A stretch of DNA of 63,995 bases, the filler included, from Octopus bimaculoides (Eukaryota), in the NCBI RefSeq assembly GCF_001194135.2. It is 6 parts of 5 records of this genome, joined end to end, with 100 filler letters (N's around TTAATTAATTAA, not from the genome) between each part and the next. Parts side by side here need not be neighbours in the genome. Positions count along the whole stretch, not along the records: positions 62,957 to 63,995 come from NW_026311806.1; 5 more parts are not named here. One strand, written 5' to 3'. The notes below the pieces were generated by a model. The model made no database searches, had not been told where the DNA came from, and saw nothing but the letters and a program-made list of their open reading frames with translations. Positions 63,950-63,995 of the stretch are shown here, in pieces (positions within the stretch are counted from its first letter, which is position 1; each line of letters opens with the position of its first letter). The translations under genes were made by a program, and so were the position numbers.

Positions 63950-63995
<46 letters not shown>

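Overview
This is 64 kb of AT-rich, gap-riddled eukaryotic draft assembly. The SINE families and the very high (TA)n/(CA)n/(GATA)n density suggest an octopus/cephalopod genome (inference). I can support no host protein-coding exon, rRNA, tRNA or CRISPR array. Nearly all ORF-track entries are microsatellite or N-run translations. The window is mostly transposon remnants. SINEs: three tRNA-headed superfamilies, labelled A (Deu/Nin-like core), B and C (CORE-like), with shuffled heads and tails. Penelope-like elements (PLEs): an RT plus GIY-YIG body flanked by an inverted terminal copy, a solo 3' end and an N-terminal fragment. LINE remnants: RTE, R4/Dong, Tx1/L1 and CR1. DNA transposons: a near-complete DD34D mariner, DD37D maT remnants, MITEs, long palindromes and Helitron-like ends. 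The most interesting signals are: (1) nested target-site duplications at 7267-7765 suggesting that one SINE subfamily and a Tx1-like LINE insert at a fixed site inside the SINE's own tRNA-like head; (2) hammerhead-ribozyme-like motifs of non-canonical form in PLE-type termini, one coupled to a hairpin-masked splice donor and a candidate intron; (3) internally deleted LINEs that keep both ends. Assembly artefacts are also present: an Illumina adapter, six-frame-stop gap spacers and a duplicated contig overlap. Family assignments come from motif recognition by eye, not from database searches.
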